64,000 nucleotides of DNA from Candidatus Eiseniibacteriota bacterium. GTDB taxonomy: Bacteria; Eisenbacteria; RBG-16-71-46. Position numbers and translations under genes: made by a program. Of this stretch, positions 33,748 through 43,686 are shown piece after piece (position 1 is the stretch's first letter; every line of letters begins with the position of its first letter). The notes under the pieces are model-generated. The model was not told the DNA's origin and ran no database searches. It saw only the letters and a list, made by a program, of their open reading frames with translations. The stretch is from contig OY970178.1 of the NCBI GenBank assembly GCA_963707915.1, positions 1,760,001 to 1,824,000 on the forward strand, given 5' to 3'.

Positions 33748-34977
33748 ATGCTGACCTACCGCGAGGCGTTGGAGCGCGTGCTGGACTCGGCCGCGGCGAG
33801 CCTCGAGCGGCGCGTGCCGCTCGAGGACGCGCTCGGGTTGGTCGCGGCGGCCGGCGTCGTCTGCCCCGGCCCGGTGCCCCCGTTCGACAACTCCGGCATG
33901 GACGGCTTCGCCGTGCGCGCCGCGGACGTCGCGGGCGCGACCGCGCAGACGCCGGTGCGCCTGCGCGTCCTGGAGGACCTGCCCGCCGGCCGCGTCGCGG
34001 AGCACGCGGTCGAGGCGGGCACGGCGCACCGGATCATGACCGGGGCACCCGTTCCCGCGGGCGCCGACGCCGTGGTCCCGGTCGAGGGGACCGCGCCAGC
34101 CGGCGACCACGTCGAGATCCGGCGCGCCGTGCGCGCGGGCGCGAACGTGCGGCGTGCCGGCGAGGACCTCGCGGCCGGCGCGGCCGTGGTGGCGCGGGGC
34201 GACGTCCTGCGCCCCGCCGACATCGGCCTGCTCGCCGTGGCCGGCTGCGCCACCGTGCCGGTCGTCCCGCGGCCCCGGCTCGCCATCGTCACGACCGGCG
34301 ACGAGCTGGTGGACGTCTCGGAGGAGCCCGGGCCGGGGCGCATCCGCGACGCCAACCTGCATGCCCTGCGCGCGCAGGCCCTGGCCTTCGGCGCGCTGCC
34401 CGTCGGGTTCCCGCGCGTGCCCGACCGCCGCGCGGACGTCGTGAGCGCGCTGCGCCGGGCCGTCGCGGCCGCGGACGTCGTCGTGACCACGGGCGGCATC
34501 TCGATGGGCGAGTACGACTGCGTGAAGGACGTGCTCGACGAACTGGGCGCGGAGCGCGTCTTCTGGCGGGTCGCGCAGAAGCCCGCCGGCCCCCTCGGGC
34601 TCTGGCGGCTCGACGGCCGGCCCGTCTTCGGCGTCCCCGGCAATCCCGTCGCCGCGATGCTGGTGATGGAGGAGTACGTGCGGCCGCTGCTGCGCCTGAT
34701 GATGGGCTTCGCGCATCTCTTCCGCCCGGAACGCCACGGCACGCTCGAGACCCCGTGGACCCGGCGCGCCGGCGACGACCGCCTGCACTTCCTGCGGGTC
34801 TCCGTGCGCGCGGAGGCGGACGGGCTGCACGCGCGCCTGTCGGGCCACCAGGGCTCGGGCGTGCTCTCCTCGATGGCCCGCGCCAACGCGCTGGCGCTGA
34901 TTCCCGGGGATGTCGAGGCGGTGCCCGAAGGCGGGCGGGTGGTGCTGCACATGATGGAGGAGACGGAGGATCACTGA
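33748..34977 (+). CDS. moeA: Molybdopterin molybdo/tungsto-transferase
   Basis: PPFDNSGMDGFAV, IMTGAPVP.GADAVV, TGDEL, TTGGISMG..D, GVPGNP, HQGSG. Confidence 0.94.
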   Translation: MLTYREALERVLDSAAASLERRVPLEDALGLVAAAGVVCPGPVPPFDNSGMDGFAVRAADVAGATAQTPVRLRVLEDLPAGRVAEHAVEAGTAHRIMTGAPVPAGADAVVPVEGTAPAGDHVEIRRAVRAGANVRRAGEDLAAGAAVVARGDVLRPADIGLLAVAGCATVPVVPRPRLAIVTTGDELVDVSEEPGPGRIRDANLHALRAQALAFGALPVGFPRVPDRRADVVSALRRAVAAADVVVTTGGISMGEYDCVKDVLDELGAERVFWRVAQKPAGPLGLWRLDGRPVFGVPGNPVAAMLVMEEYVRPLLRLMMGFAHLFRPERHGTLETPWTRRAGDDRLHFLRVSVRAEADGLHARLSGHQGSGVLSSMARANALALIPGDVEAVPEGGRVVLHMMEETEDH

Positions 34978-35158
34978 GCGGGGGCGCCGGTCGGCGCAGG
35001 GTGTTCCGGCGAGCACGGGGACCTGATGCCGGAGCGTGGCCCGCCGTGCGGTGGGGCACGGCCGGCCGGTGGAGCGCCTCCCGGTCCTGACGCCACGGAT
35101 CACGGCAGGATCCCCCGCCGTTTGCCTCCGCCCCACCCCGCTCCCATACTGCGGCCCC

Positions 35159-36433
35159 ATGCGCCGCGGTCTCCCGGTCCGCATGCTCGCGGGCCTCCTC
35201 ATCGGCATCGTCTCCGGCGTCGCCGCGAACCTCCTCGCCGGCGACTCGCCGCGGCTCGCCGCCTTCGTCCAGTACGTGACCGAGCCGGCCGGGCGCATCT
35301 TCCTGCGGCTGCTCTTCATGCTGGTCATCCCGCTCATCCTCTCGGCGCTGGCGCTGGGCGTGGCCGGCCTGGGCGACATGCGCAGCCTCGGGCGCATCGG
35401 GCTCAAGACGCTGGTCTACACCGTCGCGGTCTCGGCGATCGCGGTGCTGATCGGCGTCACGCTGGTGGACACGCTGCGGCCGGGCGCGGGGCTCTCCCCC
35501 GCGCTCAAGGCGCGGCTCGCCACGCAGGCCACCTCGGTGCCGGCGCCGGCGGCCGCGGCCGGCACGGGCGGCATGGACTTCTTCGTCGCGCTGGTGCCTT
35601 CGAACGTCGTGAAGGCCATGGGCGAGGGCGACATGCTCGCGGTGATGGTCTTCGCGCTGTTCCTCGGCGTGGGACTCGCGCTGACCCGGACGCCCGCGGC
35701 CCGCGCCTTCGAGCGCTCGCTCGAGGGGCTCTACGACGTCACCATGAAGCTGCTCGGCCTGGTCATCCAGGTCGCGCCGCTCGCCGTCGCCTGCCTGCTG
35801 TTCACGCTCACCGCCCGGCTCGGCATCGACGTGCTGCGTCAGCTCGGCGCCTACGTCGGGGTGGTGCTGCTGGGGCTCGTCATCCACCAGTTCGGCGTCT
35901 ACTCGCTCTCGGTGGCCTGGCTGGGCGGCATGAGCCCGTGGCGCTTCTTCCGCGGCGTGCGCGCGCCGATGCTGACCGCGTTCTCGACCGCGTCGAGCAA
36001 CGCCACGCTGCCGACCGCGCTGCTGGCGGCCGAGGAGGAGCTGCAGCTGCCGCCGCACGTGAGCCGCTTCGTGCTCACCATCGGCTCGACCGCGAACCAG
36101 AACGGCACCGCGCTGTTCGAGGGCGTGACGGTGCTGTTCCTCGCCCAGTTCTACGGCATCGACCTGACGCTCGCCCAGCAGGTGACGGTGGTGCTGATCT
36201 GCATCCTCGGCGGCATCGGCACCGCGGGCGTGCCGGCCGGCTCGATCCCGGTGGTGGTGATGATCCTCGGGCTGGTGCACGTGCCGGCCGAGGGCATCGG
36301 CATGATCATCGGCGTGGACCGCTTCCTCGACATGTGCCGCACCACGCTCAACGTGACCGGCGACCTGGCCGCGGCGGTGGTGGTCTCGCGCGGCGAGGCG
36401 ATGGCGCCGCAGGTGGCGGAGGCGGACGCGTAG
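35159..36433 (+). CDS. Dicarboxylate/amino acid:cation symporter (GltP family)
   Basis: FLRLLFMLVIPL, AFSTASSNATLP, ANQNGT, GTAGVP, VDRFLDMCRT.LNV.GD. Confidence 0.92.
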   Translation: MRRGLPVRMLAGLLIGIVSGVAANLLAGDSPRLAAFVQYVTEPAGRIFLRLLFMLVIPLILSALALGVAGLGDMRSLGRIGLKTLVYTVAVSAIAVLIGVTLVDTLRPGAGLSPALKARLATQATSVPAPAAAAGTGGMDFFVALVPSNVVKAMGEGDMLAVMVFALFLGVGLALTRTPAARAFERSLEGLYDVTMKLLGLVIQVAPLAVACLLFTLTARLGIDVLRQLGAYVGVVLLGLVIHQFGVYSLSVAWLGGMSPWRFFRGVRAPMLTAFSTASSNATLPTALLAAEEELQLPPHVSRFVLTIGSTANQNGTALFEGVTVLFLAQFYGIDLTLAQQVTVVLICILGGIGTAGVPAGSIPVVVMILGLVHVPAEGIGMIIGVDRFLDMCRTTLNVTGDLAAAVVVSRGEAMAPQVAEADA

Positions 36434-36714
36434 GTCCTCCGCCGGAGCCGGTCACGGTACCTGCTGCCGGGTGTGCGCAGAGCACCTTTGCGAGCGCACT
36501 GCCGAGCGACTCAGCGCGCAGCGCGTACCGCACGCGCTCCGGGAGCGGGGCGTCGGTGACGAATTCGCCACTGGGCGCCCTGCGACGGCGACCCACGCTG
36601 CACGTGGGTGCCCGCGGCGCGCCCATCCCGCGGGGCCGGGCCACTCCAGCCGCGGCGCCACCCGCCCCGCATGCGGGCACCACGGCGCACCCTTCCGCGG
36701 GGTCGGGTGCAGGT

Positions 36715-38073
36715 TCACGCTGCCGGGCGCGTGACCGCCGTGCGCGGGCCTCCGTAGCACTTGAGGGCGTGGCGCAGGCGCACGTCGAGCGGGGCGTCGG
36801 GCGGAGCCTCGCAGCGCTCGGCGACGCCGCGCGCCTCGTCCCCGCGCAGCCCGAGCGACTGCAGCCAGGGCACGAGCTCGGCCCGGTGCGGCGCCAACTC
36901 CGGCTTCCCGCTCCGCTCGCGCCGGGTGACCTCCGCCGATCCACCCCTCCCACTCCGCTCCCGTTGCACCGCAGGCCTGCGCCGCGAATCCATGAACCCG
37001 CGCCCGAAGCGCTGCTCGGCCTCGTACTGGTTGTGGGCCCGGCAGCGCAGGCGTAGGCCCCCCACCGTCGCGCGCCCGCCCAGTGCCACCGGCTCGACGT
37101 GGTCGTACTCGAGCCGCGTGCGCGCCTCGCAGCGATGCCCGCCCTCGCCCACGAACGTGCAGCAGCCGCCGTCGCGCTCCCAGACGGCGCGCTTCACGTC
37201 CGCGGGTACGTGACGGGGGCCTTCGCTCGGGCGGCAGGCACAGGGCCGCTCGGCCTTCGCGAACTTCTGCCGCTCGAGCTGCGCGATCAGGGCCTTCAGC
37301 GCCCGGGCGAACACCTCGGCCGGGTCGCCGGAGGGCAGGCTGTGACCCAGCAGGGCCTGGGCGTAGAGCAGGTCGTCGTGCGTCGCCTGGTCCACGGTGA
37401 ACTGGACGGCGTAGCGCCCCGGCGCTAGGGGAGTCACTGGGCGGGTTCGGGTCATCGCCGACGGGGCGGCGGCACCTGCCGAATCGGTTGCCGCAGTGGC
37501 CTCATGTTCAGCAGAACTGAAATTCACTCGCCCCGGGGCGAGTGAAATTGAGTCACACTGAACAAGAGCGCCCGTTTGCGGCGGAGTCGTCGCAGCTCCC
37601 GCCCCGAGGGACTGCTGCTCCCCGGGCCCGACCTCGGACAGCGGCCGAATCGAGCCCGGCAGGTCGGGCCGCGGGAATCGCTCGGCCAACAACTGCTCGA
37701 TCGCCGCCCGGCTCCGGTGCGTCGCCACCGCCAGCAAGTCCTCGGCGTTCTCGGGGGTCAGGTAAGGCGCCAGGGCTCCCAAGCCGCCCAGGTGCAGCCG
37801 ACCGTCGGCCAGCATCCCGTGGATGGCCGGGAACTCGCGGGCCAGCCGCGCCGCGCGGATGCGCTTGTAGGCGCTGTCTTCCGAGAAGCGCAACCGCTCG
37901 ACGCAGTACGCGAACATCGAGGGGTAGCCGGCTTCGGCGTAGAGCCGCCGGGCATCGACCTCGCCAAGGTGGGCGACCAGCAGGGCCGTGGTCGCGCGGT
38001 CCTGCGAGACGAGTGTCCGCAGTTCGCGCAGCAGGGCCTGGTCGGAGACGTGGGACAGTGCGTAGCGATCCAT
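36715..38073 (-). CDS. DUF222-like / HNH endonuclease-domain protein
   Basis: HLGEVDARRLY...GYPSMFAYC; VWERDGGCC, RC, LEYDH, GG, LRLRCRAHN. Confidence 0.8.
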   Translation of the reverse strand: MDRYALSHVSDQALLRELRTLVSQDRATTALLVAHLGEVDARRLYAEAGYPSMFAYCVERLRFSEDSAYKRIRAARLAREFPAIHGMLADGRLHLGGLGALAPYLTPENAEDLLAVATHRSRAAIEQLLAERFPRPDLPGSIRPLSEVGPGEQQSLGAGAATTPPQTGALVQCDSISLAPGRVNFSSAEHEATAATDSAGAAAPSAMTRTRPVTPLAPGRYAVQFTVDQATHDDLLYAQALLGHSLPSGDPAEVFARALKALIAQLERQKFAKAERPCACRPSEGPRHVPADVKRAVWERDGGCCTFVGEGGHRCEARTRLEYDHVEPVALGGRATVGGLRLRCRAHNQYEAEQRFGRGFMDSRRRPAVQRERSGRGGSAEVTRRERSGKPELAPHRAELVPWLQSLGLRGDEARGVAERCEAPPDAPLDVRLRHALKCYGGPRTAVTRPAA

Positions 38074-38292
38074 CGAAGTGACTCCGCGCGGGGGCGGGTC
38101 ACGGGGGTGTGCGAACCTCCTTCTATCACACCCCTTTTCGGCGCGCGCAGATCACCGCACGCCGCGGAGCGCGTCCTCGCGAGCGAACGATGCCGCGGCC
38201 GGGCGCGAAACCACGGCGGCGCGGCACCACCGGCGCGCTGGGACCCGATTGGAACGCCTCACGGGACTCCGACAAGTGCCCGCGCTCTGGGC

Positions 38293-39704
38293 TGTCAAGA
38301 GGAATCACCGGTTCAGACCGGGCACACTGGTAACAGATCAGACCGGGGACATGGGTTACAGCCCGCGGGCATCATGGGTGGTTCGAGGAGGACCACACGA
38401 TGCCCTGGGCGAGGACCGACTGGATGTCTGAACGAGTGAAGTTCATTGCCGCCTACCTGCAGGCGGAGGCCAGCTTCTCCGACTTGTGCCACGACTTCGG
38501 GGTCAGCCGGAAGACGGGGTACAAGTGGGTCCGTCGTTATGAGGCCGACGGGGTCGCGGCCCTCGAGGAGATCTCACGCGCGCCGCACTCTCATCCCAAC
38601 GCCGTCGCCGCCGACCTCGTGCAGGCGATCGTCGCGATCCGACGTCGCCATCCGCGTTGGGGACCACGCAAGGTGCGGGTGGTGCTGAAGCGGGAACGGC
38701 CGCCGGTCGCGCTCCCGGCGGCCAGCACGATCGGCGACATCCTGAGGCGCAGCGGACTGGTTCGCCCGCGCCGGCGAGTCCGGCGCAGCTCACCGTACGG
38801 GGACCGGCTGCGGCAGTACGACGCACCCAACGCCGTCTGGTGTGCCGACTTCAAGGGCCACTTCCCGCTGGGTCGCCGGGGTGAACGCTGTCATCCGCTG
38901 ACCATCAGCGATGGATACAGTCGCCTGCTCCTTCGCTGCCGCGCCCTGCGTCGTCCGCTCACTCAGCATGTCCGGCGCGTCTTCGAGTCCGCTTTCACCG
39001 AATACGGCTTGCCGAGGGCGATCCGCACCGATAACGGGCCGCCGTTCTCGACGCTCGCCCCGGGCGGACTGTCGCGTCTCTCGGTCTGGTGGATCCGACT
39101 CGGGATCCGTCCCGAACGCATCATGCCAGGTCGTCCCGAACAGAACGGGCGCCACGAGCGCATGCATCGCACCTTGAAAGCCGAGACCGCCAGACCGCCG
39201 CGCTCGAGCTTCAGCGCCCAGCAACGCGCGTTCGATCGCTTCCAGACGGAGTACAACCAGGAGCGGCCGCACGAGGCGCTCGGCCAGGAGGTGCCGGCCG
39301 CGCTTTACCGCCCATCGCTTCGCTCGTACCCGCGCGAGCTCCCCGAACCAGAGTACCCGCGACACTTCGAGACCCGGGTGGCCTATCCCAACGGCGTGAT
39401 CACCTTCGGCACCACGCAGTGGTACGTGAGCAACTGCCTCGTCGGCGAACGGGTCGGACTCGAGCCCTGCGACGATGGCCGGTGGCGTGTCCACTTCGGC
39501 TGGGTGCCGATCGGACTGCTAGATCTCAAGCAGGCCACCGACCGCGGACCCCGCCACTTTGGGCGGCTCGAACCCATCGTTGATCCTGCCTTGAGCAGAC
39601 GTCGTCGCCGCCGTTATGGAAGCTAGAATGTGTTACCCATGTGCCCGGTCTGTCCTGTCACCCATGTCCCCGGTTGCTTCAACCCATGTCTCCGGTTGCT
39701 TCAC
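38293..39704 (+). mobile_element. IS481-family insertion sequence (ends approximate)
   Basis: Transposase flanked by inverted arrays of a ~20-bp motif GACCGGG(C/G)ACATGGGT(A/T)ACA at 38316, 38341 and, inverted, at 39631, 39656, 39678. Confidence 0.8.
38400..39626 (+). CDS. IS481-family DDE transposase
   Basis: N-terminal HTH (FGVSRKTGYKW), WGPRK, WCADFKG, RTDNG.PF, QNGRHERMHRTLK, YN.ERPH. Confidence 0.93.
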   Translation: MPWARTDWMSERVKFIAAYLQAEASFSDLCHDFGVSRKTGYKWVRRYEADGVAALEEISRAPHSHPNAVAADLVQAIVAIRRRHPRWGPRKVRVVLKRERPPVALPAASTIGDILRRSGLVRPRRRVRRSSPYGDRLRQYDAPNAVWCADFKGHFPLGRRGERCHPLTISDGYSRLLLRCRALRRPLTQHVRRVFESAFTEYGLPRAIRTDNGPPFSTLAPGGLSRLSVWWIRLGIRPERIMPGRPEQNGRHERMHRTLKAETARPPRSSFSAQQRAFDRFQTEYNQERPHEALGQEVPAALYRPSLRSYPRELPEPEYPRHFETRVAYPNGVITFGTTQWYVSNCLVGERVGLEPCDDGRWRVHFGWVPIGLLDLKQATDRGPRHFGRLEPIVDPALSRRRRRRYGS

Positions 39705-39951
39705 GCGATCCGGACCGGGAACATGGGGCCGCGTTCACCTGGCATCGGCGACCGAGCACGGCGCGAGCGATGCGTGGTGCAGGGCCGGAACCTGAGCCGG
39801 GGCCGTGGCCGGCCCTACGTCCGCACGCCTGAAGCTCGTCGCGACGCCCCTGGAGCGCGAGGGATCCGGGCCGGGCGCACGGGTGACCGATCGACCCGGG
39901 GAGCGGCGTGACGTTTCCGGGCCACCTCGAAGCGGCACCGGGCGGGCCGGG

Positions 39952-40518
39952 CTACTCCCGCCCGGGCTCCTCGGAGTAGTACGCGCCACCCGCGCACGAG
40001 CGGCACAACGGGCCCTCGGCGCCCTCCACGTCGCGGCCGTCGAGCACGGTCTCGCCGCAGCGCGTGCAGGGGACGGCGCGCAGCGGCTTGCCGGGGAGCT
40101 CCATCGGCGCGAGCGCCACGCGCACGCGGCGCCAGGCGAGCGTCTCCTCGTCCGGCAGCTCGAGCACCGCGCGGCAGGCCGCGTCCGCGGCGCCCGGCGG
40201 GTGCGCGAAGTGTTTCGCGGTCACGCGCCACGCCCACCCGGTCCCGGTGTCCACGAACGTCGCGGCGGTCTTGCCGAGGTCCACGAGCTTCGCGCTGCGC
40301 TTGCCGACCCTCGTGCCGGTCACGACCTGGATCGCGTCGGCGACGCAGCGGGCGTTCTCGATGTAGACGATGAGCCGCTTCGGATCGCGGGTGCCGGCCA
40401 GCTCCATGCCCTTGAGCGCCATGCGCACGCCGAGCACCTGGCCCATGCACAGGTGGCCGTGCCAGGCGACGCAGCGCTCGAGCCACCCGGCGCGCCCGAG
40501 CGGGGCGCTCTCCACCAT
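39952..40518 (-). CDS. FmdE-family protein with C-terminal zinc finger
   Basis: WHGHLC.G..LG, E..RC..DAIQ..TG, C..CGE...C..C. Confidence 0.88.
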   Translation of the reverse strand: MVESAPLGRAGWLERCVAWHGHLCMGQVLGVRMALKGMELAGTRDPKRLIVYIENARCVADAIQVVTGTRVGKRSAKLVDLGKTAATFVDTGTGWAWRVTAKHFAHPPGAADAACRAVLELPDEETLAWRRVRVALAPMELPGKPLRAVPCTRCGETVLDGRDVEGAEGPLCRSCAGGAYYSEEPGRE

Positions 40519-40525
40519 CGCGGCC

Positions 40526-41287
40526 CTACCTCGCCCGGCGCTGGGCGAGGATCCACGCCGGGAGCGCGAAGTCGGCGAAGGCCGAGACCCAGCAGCCGTG
40601 GCCGAGCTCGGGGTAGAGCGTCATGCGCGGCTCCGGGAGGCCGCCCGCCTGCTTGCGCCGCGCCAGTTCGGCGATGATGCCCTGGGTCTCGCGCGGGTCC
40701 ACCACGTCGTCCTTGAGTCCGTGGAACGCCCACACCGGCAGCTTCCACGCGCGCGGGGCCACCGTCTGGGCGCGGCCGTAGCCGCACACCGGCACCAGGC
40801 AGGACCAGAGCTCCGGGTGCCGCGCCCCGATCGTCCACGCGCCGTGCCCGCCCTGCGAGATGCCGGCGAGGGCGATGCGGTCGGGATCGATGTTGAACTC
40901 CTTCCGCACGACCTTCAGCGCCCCGAAGACGAGGTCCTCGCGCTCCTCCCACTCCTCGTCCGCGCCCGGCTTCTGCGGCATCACGGCCACCACGGGCCAG
41001 CGCTCCGGGTGTGCGAGCAGCTCGGGGCCGAGCCCCTGCCAGGTCTGCTTCCGTCCGTCGGTGCCGCACTCGCCCGAGCCGTTCATGAACACGATGCAGG
41101 GCCACGGGCGCGCGCGGTCGTAGCCCGGCGGCAACCAGATGGCGTAGGCCATCGAGTCGCCCTTCACGCGCAGGTGCCGGACCTGGAAGACGGAGTCGGC
41201 GGGCGCCGCGACCGCGCCGGCCGCCGGCAGGCCCGCCACGCACAGGATCGCGCCGCAGAGGAGGGCGGCGGGGCGCACGGGGCTCAC
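40526..41287 (-). CDS. Secreted alpha/beta hydrolase (esterase/peptidase-like)
   Basis: GTG start overlapping the upstream stop; signal peptide; GSGE.G.D, GISQGG, FHG..D, GH. Confidence 0.8.
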   Translation of the reverse strand: MSPVRPAALLCGAILCVAGLPAAGAVAAPADSVFQVRHLRVKGDSMAYAIWLPPGYDRARPWPCIVFMNGSGECGTDGRKQTWQGLGPELLAHPERWPVVAVMPQKPGADEEWEEREDLVFGALKVVRKEFNIDPDRIALAGISQGGHGAWTIGARHPELWSCLVPVCGYGRAQTVAPRAWKLPVWAFHGLKDDVVDPRETQGIIAELARRKQAGGLPEPRMTLYPELGHGCWVSAFADFALPAWILAQRRAR

Positions 41288-42306
41288 GACCCGCCGTTCG
41301 GGTAGCGCGCCAGCGCGAGGTCCACGATCTCGCCGACCAGCTCGGTGTAGGAGCGCCCGGCCTTCTTCGCGGCCATGGCGAACTCCGACTCGGGGTGCAG
41401 GTAGGGATTGGGGTTCACCTCGAGCACGTGCAGCGCGCCGTCGGCGGCCAGGCGGAAGTCGATGCGCCCGTAGTCGCAGAGCTTCAGGGCCTGGAACGCC
41501 TGCACCGCGGTGTCGCTGAGCTTCTTCTGCAGGTCCGCGTCGAGGTCGGCGGGCAGGAAGGCCTTGGTCTGCTCGTAGGCCTCGGTGCCCTCCTCCCACT
41601 TGACCTCGGTGCCGGCGATCTTGGGGGTGCCCTGCGGCAGCTTCGAGAGGTCCAGCTCCACCGCGGGCAGCGCCTCGGGCTTCTCGTTGCCCAGCACTCC
41701 CACGTAGAACTCGCGGCCCTCGATGTACTCCTCGATCAGCGCCGGGGTGTTGAACTCGGCGTGGAGGTAGTCGATGCGCTCCATCAGTTCCTTGATCGAG
41801 GTGCAGACCGCGCCGAAATGGATGCCGATCGAGCCGTCCTCGGAGGCGGGCTTCACGATCACCGGGAACTGGATGTCCTGCGAGTGCTCGGTGCGGCCGC
41901 GGAACACGGTGGCGAAGTAGGGGGTGTGGATGCCGTGGAAGGCGAAGATCTTCTTCGCCAGCGCCTTGTCCTGCGCCAGGTGGAGGCCCTGCGAGCCGGT
42001 GCCGGTGAAGCGGCGGTGCAGCATCTCGAGGAAGCCCGCGACGTCGCTGTCCTGGGTGTCGTCGCCGCCGAAGGACTCGACCAGGTTGAAGATCAGGTCG
42101 GTCTCGGAGTGGGCCAGCTCGACCAGGCTCTCCCGCGTGCCGTCGAGGCGCAGGAACACCGGGTAGTGCCCGGCCTCCTTGAGGGCCTCGTAGACCGCCT
42201 GCACGTCCTCGTCGGGGGTCTTGCGCTTGGGGCGGGTCCCCTCGGCGCGCTCCTCGTCATCGCCCCACCAGTAGTCGTACAGCACGCCGATCCGCAGCTT
42301 GGCCAT
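41284..42306 (-). CDS. D-Ala-D-Ala-ligase-like ATP-grasp enzyme
   Basis: FNLVE, DKALAK, IVKP..EDGSIGI, IEEYIEGRE, YGRIDFR, LEVNPNP. Confidence 0.85.
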   Translation of the reverse strand: MAKLRIGVLYDYWWGDDEERAEGTRPKRKTPDEDVQAVYEALKEAGHYPVFLRLDGTRESLVELAHSETDLIFNLVESFGGDDTQDSDVAGFLEMLHRRFTGTGSQGLHLAQDKALAKKIFAFHGIHTPYFATVFRGRTEHSQDIQFPVIVKPASEDGSIGIHFGAVCTSIKELMERIDYLHAEFNTPALIEEYIEGREFYVGVLGNEKPEALPAVELDLSKLPQGTPKIAGTEVKWEEGTEAYEQTKAFLPADLDADLQKKLSDTAVQAFQALKLCDYGRIDFRLAADGALHVLEVNPNPYLHPESEFAMAAKKAGRSYTELVGEIVDLALARYPNGGS

Positions 42307-42357
42307 GGCGTTCCTCGCCTTGCTTAGGGGCCCCGTTCCTCGGGGCCCTGCGCCGGT

Positions 42358-43371
42358 CTATTTCTGCTCGAAGCGCCGGCGCGTGAGGTAGTTCATCGCG
42401 AGCGTGGTGCCGTATGCCGTCAACTCCACCAGGTAGTCCGCCTCGCGGGCGGTGTCTGCGAACAGCCGGAGATCGCGCGCCGTCCGCACGATGTGCTCGA
42501 TCAGGGCACGCACCACCGGCCGTCGCACGCCGGTCCAGTAGGTGATCTTGTCGGTCAGCACCTTGCGATGCTGCTCGACCAGCTCCCACGCCGGGCGGAT
42601 GCCCTTGCGCCGGCGGCCCTGGGGGATGAACAGGTCGCCGAGGTCCGCCTCGAGCGCCACCTTCACCCCCGCGCCGTTCTGGCGCATGAGCCGGCGGTAG
42701 AACTGCTCGACCGTCACCTTGAGGTCCTCGACGGGGACGTCGAAGGCCCCGGTCGAGACCACCGGCTCCTGGGCGCGCACCCGGCGCGCCACCTGGTCAA
42801 CATACCGCAACTTGCGTATCGCGGGCCATGATTTGTAGCGGGCCCGCCACTGGGAGCGGGGCGTGAGCCAGACCGCGAAGGTCTCGGCGAAGTCCTCGTC
42901 GGGGTGCTTCTGCCCGTACCAGCCGGCGATGTGACGCACGAACTTGCGGCTGAACGGGACCGGCCGGTAGTCGTCGCGGTAGCGACGATTGAACGGTCCG
43001 AAGAGGCGCCGCCACTCGGGCGTGACGAAGAGCCGGTACGCGTAGTTGAAGGCGTGGCCCGCCTCGTGGCGCATGTACATCATGATCTCGCGCTCGTCCT
43101 CGAGGTCGTTCATCTGGCGCTCGAGGCGCGCGAGCTTGGGGTCGGCGAGGTAGAACGGGATGCCGATCACCGGCTGCCCATCGGGACAACCCCACTCGTC
43201 GGTGAGGTAGCAGACCGGGCGGAAGTGCTTGAGCCCCTTGCGCTCGAGCTCGCGGTAGAGCTGGAGCACGAAGCGTTCGACCGGCGAGCCTTCGAGGCGC
43301 AGGCCGAGCTGGCTGATGCGCTTGCCGAGGAGCTCGCGGACCTCCGGGGGAGCCTTCTCGAAGTCGGGCAT
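42358..43371 (-). CDS. Putative zinc-binding metallopeptidase (zincin-like)
   Basis: HEAGH (HExxH) and downstream HPDEDFAETFAVWL. Confidence 0.8.
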   Translation of the reverse strand: MPDFEKAPPEVRELLGKRISQLGLRLEGSPVERFVLQLYRELERKGLKHFRPVCYLTDEWGCPDGQPVIGIPFYLADPKLARLERQMNDLEDEREIMMYMRHEAGHAFNYAYRLFVTPEWRRLFGPFNRRYRDDYRPVPFSRKFVRHIAGWYGQKHPDEDFAETFAVWLTPRSQWRARYKSWPAIRKLRYVDQVARRVRAQEPVVSTGAFDVPVEDLKVTVEQFYRRLMRQNGAGVKVALEADLGDLFIPQGRRRKGIRPAWELVEQHRKVLTDKITYWTGVRRPVVRALIEHIVRTARDLRLFADTAREADYLVELTAYGTTLAMNYLTRRRFEQK

Positions 43372-43686
43372 GAGGCGCGGATGCTAGCGGCTCCGGCCGT
43401 GCCGCCACAACCGGCGCCCCGCCGGGGCCCACCTGGGGCGGTACCGCCCGGGCGGGGGCCGGCCGGGCCGGACCCGCGGCCGCCCCGCGCCCGGTCGCCC
43501 GCCACCACCGGCCGAATCGTTCGGCGCCCGGCCTCATCTCAGTGGTTGGTAGTCAGCGAAGGCACCGGCCTGCGGCCCAACGACCTGCCGACCCAACAGG
43601 GCCGGTGCCCCACTGATCCGAGCCGCAACCGCCCATCGCCCGGCGCCGGCCGCACCCACGACGCCGAGGACGAAAGGAGCCTTTCC

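Noticed and set aside
39631..39728. CRISPR-like short repeats
   Set aside because: Gaps are only a few bp, the repeats are mirrored at the other side of the transposase, and no cas genes are present
43372..43686. tRNA or riboswitch in the intergenic gap
   Set aside because: No cloverleaf or recognisable aptamer consensus; only GC-rich hairpins
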